The translations under genes were made by a program, and so were the position numbers. A DNA stretch of 33,731 nt from Euryarchaeota archaeon UBA463 (GTDB taxonomy: Archaea > Thermoplasmatota > Poseidoniia > Poseidoniales > Thalassarchaeaceae): NCBI GenBank assembly GCA_002501805.1, contig DAOI01000029.1, positions 2,194 to 35,924 of the forward strand, given 5' to 3'. Under the pieces are notes generated by a model, which was given only the letters and a program-made list of their open reading frames with translations, had not been told where the DNA came from and searched no databases. Shown in pieces: positions 8,792-19,141 of this stretch (its first letter is position 1; every line of letters starts with the position of its first letter).

Positions 8792-8936
8792 GTGCCACGG
8801 CGACCTGCCCCTCCTGTATAAGCACAACGGATACAAAGATATGCTCGGCTAAGGGCAATAATCACTCAGACCTACGGTCTGAGAGAGAATATGGTGCGAA
8901 CGTTCAAGAGTGTTACAAATACCATCTGCTAATCTG

Positions 8937-11900
8937 ATGACATCTCTTGTAAGGACGGGAGGCAGGTGCAATCGCCGCAGAGCACTTATTATTTCGGCAA
9001 TAATGTCGCTCGTGGTTTTCTATCCACTAGCTTTGGAGGAGGTCGTTGAGAATAGAATATCAGAAGATAGTTCGAAGTTTGCCACCAGCATGGCGGATCC
9101 ATGGGAGGATGGAGACCAGCCATGGCCCCAACCAGGGAGAACCCCCGGAAGAATGTCTGCTAGTCCCGTGCATGACCCAATGGGTAGCGTGAACTCGCTT
9201 TCATCCATTACCGACCCCGTAATTAACTGGGAGTATGGCAACTATGACATTGGTACTGATTCTCTTGGAACTCCAATCGGCGATTTCAGTGATTCACTTC
9301 AAGTCGATTCAGAATCTAATGAAAGATGTGGAGGGAGCTCACTATACACAGTAGTCGTTCAGACCGATGCTTCCTCGGGGGATAGCTATCTGAGAATAAT
9401 CGAGGGAGAAGACTCCGACTTGGCATGGGAAGTTAATCTTGGTCAAACTGAGACGGTCAAAGCGTCTCCAATGATTATCGATATCGATGGTTCTGCAGGT
9501 CCGGAAATTCTGGTTGTGTATGATTTGGTGGTAGGAAGTGATGTCACACTACGAGTAGATGCATGGTCACCCAGACTAGTTTGTGATGTTACTGGATGGT
9601 CGCCTAGTGGCTCGCATGACAGTCAATTACTCTGGAATTGGGAGGAGCCAGATTTGATGATAAGCAGTGAAGAGGGGCCATACACTGGAAGTATCTGGGG
9701 CGGACATAAGCCAACCTCACAACCGCTTCTGGCTGATTTGGATTTAGATGGCGATGCAGAACTAGTGATATCCGCCATAAGTGAGAGTGATAATTCCCCG
9801 CAAGTAGTAGCAATCAATCTACCTTCTTCTGGCTCACCCGCGAAGATTTGGGATAAGAGCTTGAGATATGGAAGTCATGGATCCGACCCTGTTTTTGTTC
9901 AGACGGATGATAATACAGCTTATGTGATGCTGACAACAACTGAGTCGACAAATGGTGCGATGTGGCTTTGGAAGCTTGACTCATCGAGTGGAGATCCCAG
10001 TTGGGATGGGAAGTCACTTGGCAACCTAGATGGGGACTCCAATGTACCTCATATCAGGTTACCCGGGCCAATTGTGGCTAATCTGGATCAGGATAGTAGT
10101 CCTGAGATTATTGTCACTATTCCAACCGATAGTGACTCATCGGGAACTCTTGATGGAGCCGAATTTAGAGGCTTGGAAGTAGCCAATGGATCTGAAATAT
10201 GGAGTTACAGCTCCCCCAATGGGTATGCTGATTCTCCGCCACTACCGATTGATACTGATGGTGACGGAGACCACGATAGGATGTGCTGGATTACGTGGTG
10301 GCAGACCACTACCGCCAGGCATGGCATAACTGGATGCGTGGATGATACTGATACATCAAGTCCGAATGAAGCGTGGTATCGAGATTTGGAACAAAGTAGC
10401 GGTACGCCGAATGATGAGATTGCTGTCTCGCAACCAATATGGATGGATATCGATGGGGCGGCGGAGCCTGAATTACTAGTTGCATACGGAAGATCACTAT
10501 GGGGATTTGATGGTTCAGAAGGCACTGGTTCGGCTATTGGAACAGAATGGTCGAATGATTTGGAGTTGAATCAGAGGACTTGGTCTTCTCCATCATTAGC
10601 AGACATTGATGGTGACAATACGCTAGATGTGGTTATTGGAGCAACAGTAGTTTCCCTAAACAGTCCCGATATCAGGCCTCTTCTTGATGGAAGAGGGATT
10701 GAGTTCGATCCAACTTCTCCCAATCCAGGACAAGATGTACAGATTTCAGCATTCATAGAGAATTCTGGAACAGGCAATCCAAATTCCGATGTTGATGCAG
10801 TTTTGTATGCTGATGGAATAGAGATAGGGAGAGAGAGGTTTCCATCCATGCAACCTGTTTCTCCTTCTGGAACGGGGTCTTTCGAATCTTTCTCTGTCGA
10901 ATGGTCAGGGCCATTGGGGGACCATGAGTTTACATTGGAGATTGATCCGCTTTCCAATCTGACTCAGACTAGAACAGATAATGATGTATATTCCAAGACC
11001 TTGTCAATAATTCCTACATACAATGTCACATTTGAAATTTCATCAGAGCCTTTGAGAGTCAGTCCTGGAGATTCGGTTGAGGCCCGCCCGATAGTAAGAT
11101 CTACTGGGAGATTATCAGGTACTTGGTCATTGGAAATAGATGGTTCACAACTTCCGTCGGGCTGGACATGGGAGGATGCTACGCCCGGAGGGAGTAGTGG
11201 CATTCAGATAGCAATAGGGGAGTCTTGGTCACCAGTAATTGAGATAGTCGCCCCCTCCTCGGCCCTAGGATCAGATTCAGGGTTCCTTGGCTTAACGATG
11301 TCCCTAGATAGTGACTCCAACGTTAGTGTTTCATCTATACTTCCTATCGAGGCAAATAGGACCAGGGGGTTGTCAATTAGGGGCCCTGAGGGAGCATCAT
11401 ACAGCTCTGGATATGGATTAATCGGAGATTCTGCAAGAGCATGGATAGTTGTGGAAAATATTGGGAATGCTGTGGAAAATCAAATCTCATCGGATTGGGG
11501 GAATACGCTATGGGGGAGTGATTTACGATTAATTGACACTGATGGCAATGAGAGGTTCGCATTGGTCCTTGACCCAGGAGAGAGTCTAGTTTTGGAAGCT
11601 TACCTTGATGTTCCAGTTGTTGATGAGAATCAACAGGCAGTGTTAATTGGAGATCAAGTAGAGACCTCTTTGACGCTATGTGTGGATGGGGATGAGGGGT
11701 GTCAAACTGTAGATTTGACTTTCATCGCTTCGGGGGTCGTCAGTAGGAGTCATATCAGAAGTGTCCCTTCAAGTGGCCTAGAGTGGGTTGTAGAAGCTGA
11801 CCGTCCTACAGGTGAAGATTTACTATCATGGTCACTATCCACAGCTGGAATGGCAAAAACTGGTTGGTCATGGACAGCATCAGGCGATTTACAAATAAAT

Positions 11901-14606
11901 GGGGACAATCTTTCGATGGATGTTTCTAGCGGAAGTGGAATGGGTTTTCTGTCCCTAAGTCTTCCAAGTAATGCGGCCCCTGCATTTCACTACTTCGAAG
12001 ATTCCAGTGAAGAGTCGGCATCTCATTCTCTTAGATTATCAATAGAGATACTCCAAATATTCAGATCCTCGATGGTGATCTCATCTCCCAGTGAACAGCC
12101 GTTCCTCGTGGAGGTAGAAGATGAGTCCCTAGTTGTATTGAGGTTAGAAAATCCTGGAAATGGAGATGATTCATTCAATCTAGGCTATTCGTTAATACTA
12201 GACGAAAATATCACGGAAGACCCCGGAGTCGATGTCTCCTTTTCTAGAGATTTGGTTTCTCTTTCAGCAGGTAGCCTCACCACTGTTCCTGTAACTGTAA
12301 TGCTCCCTGAGAATACTCCTGCCAGGGTCCCTCTGAAGATTTCATTCTCGATGCAATCAGAAGGAGATTCTACTATCATGTCTACTGTCGAAATAATATT
12401 TGAGGCTAGGCAGGACCATCAGTGGAATGTCTATCCATTCCTTTCTAGCGAGTCGGGGGATATTGATGCTGATGGGGAAACATTCCAAGCCAATCCTGGA
12501 GAGACTGTTTCATTGGATGTAATGGTGACAAATGTTGGAAATCTAGTGGATGATTTAACACTACTAACATCCGTGATTACCTCGCTTCAGAGTGGGGATT
12601 CATCAACGGAATGGATTTCCAGCGGGAGTGCTATTTCTAACTTAGGAGTAAATGAAACCGGGGTGATGTCAGTCGATACTATCATTCCTCTTGACGCATG
12701 GAGTGGATCATCGGCAGAAGTAACTGTTACCGCCATAGCACAAGGTCAAGAGATTACATCATTCTCTTTCTCGGTAGTCTCGGGACATGTTCCGTCTTGG
12801 AATGCAGTAATTGATCAAGCAAACTTGGAAGTCGCGACCCATGGATCAGAAATCACACTATCCGTATTACAGATGGGTAATTCTCCAAGTCGCCCATACA
12901 TCTCCATGTTTGTCTCAGGAGAGCAGGGATGGGAAATTGGGAATGTATCAGAAATGCCGATAATAAACCCGGGAGAAAGTGCTCCTCTATCGCTAAATGT
13001 TACGCCCCCTGAAAATGCTGTACACGGAAGGGCAGTTGAGTTGACCATAAGGATCAAAGAAGGAGATTCCAGCGGACTATCGGAGATAGTGTTCCCACTG
13101 AGAGTTGAGGTAATACATGATTTCTCTTTGTCCGGACAGGGAGACTGGGTTGTTAGCCGGGATGGCGGTTACCCTCTGGCATTTATCGAAAATCAGGGGA
13201 ATGCACCAAGTACCATTTCAATTCAGATACTCAGCCTGCCACTTGGTTGGGGGATCTCGGGGGAACAACATGTGATATTGGGAGTCGGGGAGATATCTGG
13301 CGTTCCAATTGAGCTACTTCCAGATGAGGACTGGGAGGGAGATGTCAAGACAATTAGGATACTAGCTGAGGACTCTGAAGGTAACCAAAGAGAAATCTCG
13401 ATGGACACTAGGAAAGAGAGTCATTCATGGTCCTCCAGTCCGGTAATCATCTCTACTTCGGGCGATAGCTATATCTTGGAAATTCATGGAACCAGCCCAG
13501 ATAGTACAGTGATTGATTCCACTAGTGGCCCGCTCCCGTGGAGCGATGCAGGCGGATGGCTATGGGAATCCTACACGAGGGGGAATGGGAGTCTAAATGT
13601 CGATTCGTCTACAATACTTGAGTATAGATCATGGGTTTCGGAACCGTCTGTTAGACAGGGGAGTTGCTCCATAGGTGGAGATGTATATGCCGTTGAAGCT
13701 AGCTGTACAATAATGAATGGGAGTGAAAAATTTGGTTACACAGTTATCCTATCGGATGACCGGGGCAATATGCTAGATTCAATTTCAGGATTGCTAGGAC
13801 AAGGGGAATCATCGGGGATGATTAATCTAAGTGCGGATGGATGGAGCCCTGTGCCTGGCACGAGTGAGCTGACAATTAGGGCCATTGATTCTAGAGGAGT
13901 TGAATTTTCATCCGATAGCAATACATTCGAGGTTAGGAGGACAGATTGGAATATCGGATTGGTGGGATTGGAGATTATAGGTACTGGCCAAGAACAAGAA
14001 GTATCCATACTCACCAAGAGGGATAATCATCAGATTTTAGATGGCTCAGTTTGTATAATTTCCATCCAAGCCGGAAACGCCTTCTCTGCAGAATACATAG
14101 TCGATATGTCAGAATCCAGTGCCTTAGCTCCTAGGCCTGTCATTGATAGGCCTGATGTCGCAGATGGGATAGAGTTAGTAGCTACGATAAGTTGTGAATT
14201 CCCTTGGGACATTGATTCTGACCCTTCAGACGATGAGGCCAGGATTATTCTGTCGGGCTCAGGAGAATCTGAAGGAGGTTTCAGTGACTCAAGTACTGCG
14301 ATTGCATCGGCAAGCTTGGTAATTGGAATTTCTATAGCTTTCGCATGGATGGCTAGAAACTTCCGAGAGAGTAGGGAAATGATGGAGAGAACTAGGCTAG
14401 CGGTAGAGAAAAAGGCACTGGAGAAGAAGGCTAATTTGGCTAATAAGAGTGATTCTACGAGTCAGAGAGTAGTGCAAGATGAGAGTGTAGTCGACAATCT
14501 AGAAAATGTCCCAGAAGTTCCAACTGAAGAAGTATCTAATGATGTAGAAGATAGTCCAATGGATAGCTTTGAAGAGCGTCTTAATCGCCTAAGGTCTGAT
14601 AAGTAG
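8937..14606 (+). CDS. Large membrane-anchored surface protein: FG-GAP-like propeller, CARDB domain, tandem Ig-like repeats
   Basis: N-terminal basic plus hydrophobic signal; six DxDxD-type motifs (DIDGSAGPEI, DLDLDGDAEL, NLDQDSSPEI, DTDGDGDHD, DIDGAAEPEL, DIDGDNTLDV); CARDB-like PNPGQDVQISAFIENSG...IDP.......DND; repeated xENxGN motifs; C-terminal TM helix and charged tail. Track start GTG 8910. Confidence 0.85.
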   Translation: MTSLVRTGGRCNRRRALIISAIMSLVVFYPLALEEVVENRISEDSSKFATSMADPWEDGDQPWPQPGRTPGRMSASPVHDPMGSVNSLSSITDPVINWEYGNYDIGTDSLGTPIGDFSDSLQVDSESNERCGGSSLYTVVVQTDASSGDSYLRIIEGEDSDLAWEVNLGQTETVKASPMIIDIDGSAGPEILVVYDLVVGSDVTLRVDAWSPRLVCDVTGWSPSGSHDSQLLWNWEEPDLMISSEEGPYTGSIWGGHKPTSQPLLADLDLDGDAELVISAISESDNSPQVVAINLPSSGSPAKIWDKSLRYGSHGSDPVFVQTDDNTAYVMLTTTESTNGAMWLWKLDSSSGDPSWDGKSLGNLDGDSNVPHIRLPGPIVANLDQDSSPEIIVTIPTDSDSSGTLDGAEFRGLEVANGSEIWSYSSPNGYADSPPLPIDTDGDGDHDRMCWITWWQTTTARHGITGCVDDTDTSSPNEAWYRDLEQSSGTPNDEIAVSQPIWMDIDGAAEPELLVAYGRSLWGFDGSEGTGSAIGTEWSNDLELNQRTWSSPSLADIDGDNTLDVVIGATVVSLNSPDIRPLLDGRGIEFDPTSPNPGQDVQISAFIENSGTGNPNSDVDAVLYADGIEIGRERFPSMQPVSPSGTGSFESFSVEWSGPLGDHEFTLEIDPLSNLTQTRTDNDVYSKTLSIIPTYNVTFEISSEPLRVSPGDSVEARPIVRSTGRLSGTWSLEIDGSQLPSGWTWEDATPGGSSGIQIAIGESWSPVIEIVAPSSALGSDSGFLGLTMSLDSDSNVSVSSILPIEANRTRGLSIRGPEGASYSSGYGLIGDSARAWIVVENIGNAVENQISSDWGNTLWGSDLRLIDTDGNERFALVLDPGESLVLEAYLDVPVVDENQQAVLIGDQVETSLTLCVDGDEGCQTVDLTFIASGVVSRSHIRSVPSSGLEWVVEADRPTGEDLLSWSLSTAGMAKTGWSWTASGDLQINGDNLSMDVSSGSGMGFLSLSLPSNAAPAFHYFEDSSEESASHSLRLSIEILQIFRSSMVISSPSEQPFLVEVEDESLVVLRLENPGNGDDSFNLGYSLILDENITEDPGVDVSFSRDLVSLSAGSLTTVPVTVMLPENTPARVPLKISFSMQSEGDSTIMSTVEIIFEARQDHQWNVYPFLSSESGDIDADGETFQANPGETVSLDVMVTNVGNLVDDLTLLTSVITSLQSGDSSTEWISSGSAISNLGVNETGVMSVDTIIPLDAWSGSSAEVTVTAIAQGQEITSFSFSVVSGHVPSWNAVIDQANLEVATHGSEITLSVLQMGNSPSRPYISMFVSGEQGWEIGNVSEMPIINPGESAPLSLNVTPPENAVHGRAVELTIRIKEGDSSGLSEIVFPLRVEVIHDFSLSGQGDWVVSRDGGYPLAFIENQGNAPSTISIQILSLPLGWGISGEQHVILGVGEISGVPIELLPDEDWEGDVKTIRILAEDSEGNQREISMDTRKESHSWSSSPVIISTSGDSYILEIHGTSPDSTVIDSTSGPLPWSDAGGWLWESYTRGNGSLNVDSSTILEYRSWVSEPSVRQGSCSIGGDVYAVEASCTIMNGSEKFGYTVILSDDRGNMLDSISGLLGQGESSGMINLSADGWSPVPGTSELTIRAIDSRGVEFSSDSNTFEVRRTDWNIGLVGLEIIGTGQEQEVSILTKRDNHQILDGSVCIISIQAGNAFSAEYIVDMSESSALAPRPVIDRPDVADGIELVATISCEFPWDIDSDPSDDEARIILSGSGESEGGFSDSSTAIASASLVIGISIAFAWMARNFRESREMMERTRLAVEKKALEKKANLANKSDSTSQRVVQDESVVDNLENVPEVPTEEVSNDVEDSPMDSFEERLNRLRSDK

Positions 14607-14616
14607 TGGTGAGTGC

Positions 14617-15243
14617 ATGACCATGAATTCAAATCTACCAAACTTCCACACATTTGACCCCATAGTTAGGGATCCTCTGGACATTATCCCTGCAGTGCTT
14701 TCTTCCATGGGGGGAGATCATGGAGAATTGAAGAGAGAGAGTCCATTTTCAATTGACATTCAGAATCTAAAAGAAGGTATTGAACCTACTTTTGACCCTG
14801 CTACAATGCTATATCTTTCCATAGGAGAATTAGATTCAGAGGGAAGAAGGACTGAGTCTATAGACTCCAGCTCCGGCAAGGAAAGGCTGGGACGGTTTCC
14901 CTATGGGGACGGAAATATCGTAACATATCTCCTGGAAAATACCAAGCAGAAAGGAGATATGACAGTCCTACATGATCTTCTATCGAAACTTTCTGACGGA
15001 CTATCTGAAGATAATCTTGGAGAATTAGGATTTAGGCATGGTTTTGGAGGATTAACACTACTTGGATGGTTGAATGTAGGAGAGGTTTCAGAGTTGAGTA
15101 GCGCTATTCGCTCTGGACGTTGGAAGGTCCTTTCCGAAGAGCCCTTAGATGGTGGTGTTGATTATGCTTTCAGACTCTTACTTGCAATGCTAAGGACTGC
15201 GCAGAGAAGAAGATGCGGAGTTCTAATGAGAAGGCACTCTTAG
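14617..15243 (+). CDS. Hypothetical protein
   Basis: 208-aa ORF 10 nt after the previous stop, GGTGAG SD-like motif upstream; no recognised motif. Confidence 0.7.
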   Translation: MTMNSNLPNFHTFDPIVRDPLDIIPAVLSSMGGDHGELKRESPFSIDIQNLKEGIEPTFDPATMLYLSIGELDSEGRRTESIDSSSGKERLGRFPYGDGNIVTYLLENTKQKGDMTVLHDLLSKLSDGLSEDNLGELGFRHGFGGLTLLGWLNVGEVSELSSAIRSGRWKVLSEEPLDGGVDYAFRLLLAMLRTAQRRRCGVLMRRHS

Positions 15244-16155
15244 CTAGAATTCTTCACCAGTTAGGCGTTCGAACATTCCTGCATAAAGATCAGCGGTTTG
15301 ATCGATTATTTTACCCGGAAGAGCTGGGATGGGAGGTTCTTCTGAACCTGCCTCTCTAGCCTCATAGAGTTGCTCATAGTGACCAGTTGAGAGATAATGC
15401 TCCCTGACAAACTCCTTGGATAGAGACACTATATTTCCATTCTCATAATCATCAGATGCCCACCACCTATCTTCGTCTAGGGTCCCGAATGAATCAACTA
15501 GAACGGGAACTCTACCGGGGCCAAGGGCGAATTCTTTCTTTCCATCGACATGTATAAGTCCCCTCTTGGATGCTTCACTATGTATAATTTCATCTATCTT
15601 AACAACGATATCGAGAATGTTGTCGAACTCCTCATCAGTTAAATTAGAAATCTCCAAGGCTTCTTTACGATCTAGTAATCTGTCGAATTTCTCGAATTTG
15701 GTGGAGACTTCCAAATAGGGGGAGGGCAATTTAACACCTTCATGCAATACAGTTCCGGGCTCGAATCCAAATTCTTCTGGTCCGACATCACCCCTGTCAT
15801 ATCTTCTCCAACCTCCCCCAGCCAAGTAGTGTCTGCAAATGACCTCGAGAGGGACGAAAACATTCTCCATATCGCGAGGAATCGCGCCCGGCTCTCTGAT
15901 TACTTCGAACCTTCGAGCTAGAACTCTATCTGGCGCGTTCATTTCGATAATGTGAGTTTCACATATTCCAGCTTCTTCAACAAGTTTGAACCAGTGGCAT
16001 GAAGTCCTGTTTAGGCTTTCTCCCTTTCTAGGGACCAAGCTTGGTATGATCTGATCGAAGACACTAATCTGATCAGTATACCTAAATTCTATAATATCTG
16101 GATCGTCCGTACTCCATACTTCCTTGACTTTACCCTTGTATAGCATGCCTACCAT
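15244..16155 (-). CDS. purC: SAICAR synthetase
   Basis: LYKGKVKEV, TDQISVFD, KGESLN, PLEVICRHYLAG, STK, DGKKEFA, DEDRWW, SKEFVR. ATG 16155 or 16146 preferred to 16200. Confidence 0.95.
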   Translation of the reverse strand: MVGMLYKGKVKEVWSTDDPDIIEFRYTDQISVFDQIIPSLVPRKGESLNRTSCHWFKLVEEAGICETHIIEMNAPDRVLARRFEVIREPGAIPRDMENVFVPLEVICRHYLAGGGWRRYDRGDVGPEEFGFEPGTVLHEGVKLPSPYLEVSTKFEKFDRLLDRKEALEISNLTDEEFDNILDIVVKIDEIIHSEASKRGLIHVDGKKEFALGPGRVPVLVDSFGTLDEDRWWASDDYENGNIVSLSKEFVREHYLSTGHYEQLYEAREAGSEEPPIPALPGKIIDQTADLYAGMFERLTGEEF

Positions 16156-16261
16156 GGTACAAGGAGGGGAAAGATGATGATGAACATTACTGAGAGACAT
16201 TCAGAATTTAGAGTACCGCCGGGACTATATCCGAAGAACTTCGCCATGCAATGGGGAGCGG

Positions 16262-18400
16262 ATGATTGAAACAATGAATTCCGAGGGGCGAAGAAGAGAT
16301 CCCTTGTCATTTCCAAGCCTTTTTTCAATTGCACTAATGTCATTACTAGTACTTTCCATTCCAGCTAATGCACAGGAGTACAGAAGTGGCTGGGACATTA
16401 TTGACAGTGGCACCTCAGAAGATCTCTATTCAGTAGAGTCGCAAGGAAGTGAGATTTGGGCATTTGGAGAAAATGGGATAATGATAATGAGTTTCGATGG
16501 GGGCCAAACTTGGGAACTTGGTGAATCCCTAACCTCATCTGATTTGACAATATCGAGCTCTGGATATGGGTCGTTCCTAACAGCCAGTAATGACGGTACA
16601 ATTTTAGTTAAGTCAACCAATGATTCAATGTGGTCGGACATTACATTTGACTTTGGAAATGAGTTGATTCATGGGGCATGCCTAACTGGAGTGTCTGAAT
16701 TTGTAATCGTAGGTGGAAATGGGACCATCTGGACTTATGAAATGCAGGAATGGACCAATCGTTCGGTTTCAGGATTGGATTTGTTAGACGTATCTTTCTT
16801 GGATTCTGAAAGAGGAATTGCTGTCGGAGAACAAGGGACAATTCTATTCTCAGACGATGGCGGAGAAACCTGGGATTACAGAGATGCACCTACAGAGGCT
16901 TCATCTTCAAGGATTACTGATGTAGAGTTCTTCAGTGAAATTAGAGCATATGCCATTACAGATGAGGGAGGAGTGATCAAGTCTTCTAGAGAAATTAACA
17001 CCGCAGTGGGATTTCTCTGGAATATGCAATATTTTGAGTCTGAGGGAAACTCTAACAATCTGGGAGAAAATCTAACATCGATAGAGATTGCAACGACAAA
17101 TAAATTTCTTCTTTCTGGCAAAGAAGGATATCTCTCAATGAGTAAGGACGGGGGCAATATAGTCACTAGGCAGACCATACCTCTTGATAATTCAACATCA
17201 TTCAATGACATTGCAATGATCGATAGCTTCAACGGCGTAGCAGTAGGAAGTAATGGCTCCTTACTTCTGACGGAGAGGTCTGGAGAGGACGAGCAGATTG
17301 GTTTTGAGGTTATGGACTTCTCAGAATTTGGAAACTTTGTAGACTACTCAAAGGGGATGTTGATTGATGGTTTGTACGCTACAGTTAACATAGTAATGTT
17401 CGGTATTTTCCTCGGATTCTTCCTAGGAGTATCTCTCTCAATGATGAAGACATCACCCACCACTTTGAAAGAAATTTCTCAGAAGAGGAGCCTAACAGTT
17501 GTGAGGATAGCTGGAGTCATCTTCACGGTTATTGGAACCTCCCTTCTAAGTCACCTAGTTCCCATAATTAGAAACCTAGGATTGGATGGCTGGGAATATA
17601 TTTACGCTCCGATTGGAATCATTAATCCTGATGGAATAACAGGGGATCTACAATTCGAAAACTTCCTATTTCTGATACTGGGAGTAAGTCTCTTACTTTT
17701 GGGGATACTCTTAGTTTCGGCAAATGGCGAGTATAAGAAATCCCATTTCAATATCAGGGGCAGGGATATTATTTGGAATCCCTGGGGTGTCAGGCCTCTA
17801 AATTTCATTGCAACAATTTATACAGATATTTTCAGAAATACTCCATTGATTGTTCAGTTTCTATTCATACATTTTGGAGTCCAGATAGGTGCATTAATCG
17901 GAGACCCTGGCGCGGAGATGTTAGAGGATTCAAGTAATTTTGTCCTATCGTTCTTGAGAGATGATATTCTTTCTAACAGGGCCTGTGTTAGTGCTATTTT
18001 TGCGTTGGGCCTGAACTCTGGAGCATACCAATGTGAGACCATTCGAGGAGCTATTTCGGCCATACCATCTGGACAGATGGAAGCGGGAAGAAGCATAGGC
18101 CTGAATTATATGCAGACAATGAGACTTGTAATAATGCCTCAAGCCATTAGGATATGCATTCCTCCTATGGGTAACGAGATGGTAAATCTAGTACTAAACT
18201 CGTCGCTTGCTATGGTAATAGGATATTCCGAGCTTACTCGAAAGGCCAAGCTAATCAACGCTGTTACTTTCCAAGTATTCTGGTCATATGGAATGGTCTT
18301 AATTTCCTACTTTATTGTTACATGGACGCTTGCATTATTCCTAAGATACTTAGAGAATAAGACCAGGATTCCTGGACTTGGAATATCCGGAGGGAACTAA
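16262..18400 (+). CDS. Polar amino-acid ABC transporter permease fused to an N-terminal YCF48/BNR-like beta-propeller
   Basis: Signal peptide ending ANA|Q; seven repeats with Asp-boxes SFDGGQTW, SDDGGETW, SKDGG; HisM/GlnP motifs YTDIFRNTPLIVQ and AYQCETIRGAISAIPSGQMEAGRSIGL...PQA...NSSL. Confidence 0.9.
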   Translation: MIETMNSEGRRRDPLSFPSLFSIALMSLLVLSIPANAQEYRSGWDIIDSGTSEDLYSVESQGSEIWAFGENGIMIMSFDGGQTWELGESLTSSDLTISSSGYGSFLTASNDGTILVKSTNDSMWSDITFDFGNELIHGACLTGVSEFVIVGGNGTIWTYEMQEWTNRSVSGLDLLDVSFLDSERGIAVGEQGTILFSDDGGETWDYRDAPTEASSSRITDVEFFSEIRAYAITDEGGVIKSSREINTAVGFLWNMQYFESEGNSNNLGENLTSIEIATTNKFLLSGKEGYLSMSKDGGNIVTRQTIPLDNSTSFNDIAMIDSFNGVAVGSNGSLLLTERSGEDEQIGFEVMDFSEFGNFVDYSKGMLIDGLYATVNIVMFGIFLGFFLGVSLSMMKTSPTTLKEISQKRSLTVVRIAGVIFTVIGTSLLSHLVPIIRNLGLDGWEYIYAPIGIINPDGITGDLQFENFLFLILGVSLLLLGILLVSANGEYKKSHFNIRGRDIIWNPWGVRPLNFIATIYTDIFRNTPLIVQFLFIHFGVQIGALIGDPGAEMLEDSSNFVLSFLRDDILSNRACVSAIFALGLNSGAYQCETIRGAISAIPSGQMEAGRSIGLNYMQTMRLVIMPQAIRICIPPMGNEMVNLVLNSSLAMVIGYSELTRKAKLINAVTFQVFWSYGMVLISYFIVTWTLALFLRYLENKTRIPGLGISGGN

Positions 18401-19141
18401 ATGAGCAATGTACTAACAATTGTAGATATGCACAAGACATATGCAGGAGGAGTTCATGCAGTACGAGGAGTTTCATTTGATGTTAATCAGGGAGAATCAG
18501 TAGCTATTATTGGTTCATCGGGAAGTGGGAAGTCTACAGTATTAAGATGTATAAACAGACTAATTGAGCCGACCGAGGGAGAAGTAAGGCTTCGTGGAAA
18601 CCTGATTAATACCCCGTCCGCAGACATTAACGATGTGAGATCTAGAATTGGGATGGTCTTCCAGTCATTCGAGCTATTTTCCCATCTCAGAGTCATTGAT
18701 AATATCACTCTTGGACTAAGGCATGTTAGAAAAATGGGCAAGAAAGAAGCAGAGGCTGAGGCTCTTGAGGTTCTGGAAAAAGTAGACATGCTAGATAGAA
18801 AGGATGCTTTTCCGGGAAATTTATCTGGTGGGCAGAAGCAACGTGTTGCTATTGCTAGAGCGCTTGCAATGAAGCCTGAAGTAATGTTATTTGATGAGCC
18901 CACGAGTGCGTTAGATCCAGAATTGATTGGCTCGGTACTGAAAACAATCAGAGGACTGGCTGATGAAGGCATGACAATGATAGTCGTTACACACGAAATA
19001 GGCTTCGCTAGAGACGTGGCAGACAGAGTCATCTACATGGACAAGGGAGTTATAGCGGAATCTGGGAAATCCTCAATTATAGATAATCCAAAAACCGATC
19101 GTCTGAAGAGATTCTTGTCGTCCATCTCCGAGGAAGACTAG
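18401..19141 (+). CDS. Polar amino-acid ABC transporter ATP-binding protein (GlnQ-like)
   Basis: Walker [52 protein letters not shown]; starts directly after the permease stop. Confidence 0.95.
   Translation: MSNVLTIVDMHKTYAGGVHAVRGVSFDVNQGESVAIIGSSGSGKSTVLRCINRLIEPTEGEVRLRGNLINTPSADINDVRSRIGMVFQSFELFSHLRVIDNITLGLRHVRKMGKKEAEAEALEVLEKVDMLDRKDAFPGNLSGGQKQRVAIARALAMKPEVMLFDEPTSALDPELIGSVLKTIRGLADEGMTMIVVTHEIGFARDVADRVIYMDKGVIAESGKSSIIDNPKTDRLKRFLSSISEED

Noticed and set aside
8697-8858. 54-aa N-terminal extension of RpoE' in the ORF track
   Set aside because: Family similarity begins at MYSIVERED, which has a strong GGAGG SD; the upstream part looks like structured non-coding sequence.
8770-8880. 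GAGGAGAAGTCC resembling the RNase P RNA GAGGAAAGTCC motif
   Set aside because: Imperfect match, no complementary 3' P4 motif seen, and the gap is too short for a typical RNase P RNA.
18487-19032. 181-aa minus-strand ORF
   Set aside because: Typical antisense shadow of an ABC ATPase gene.
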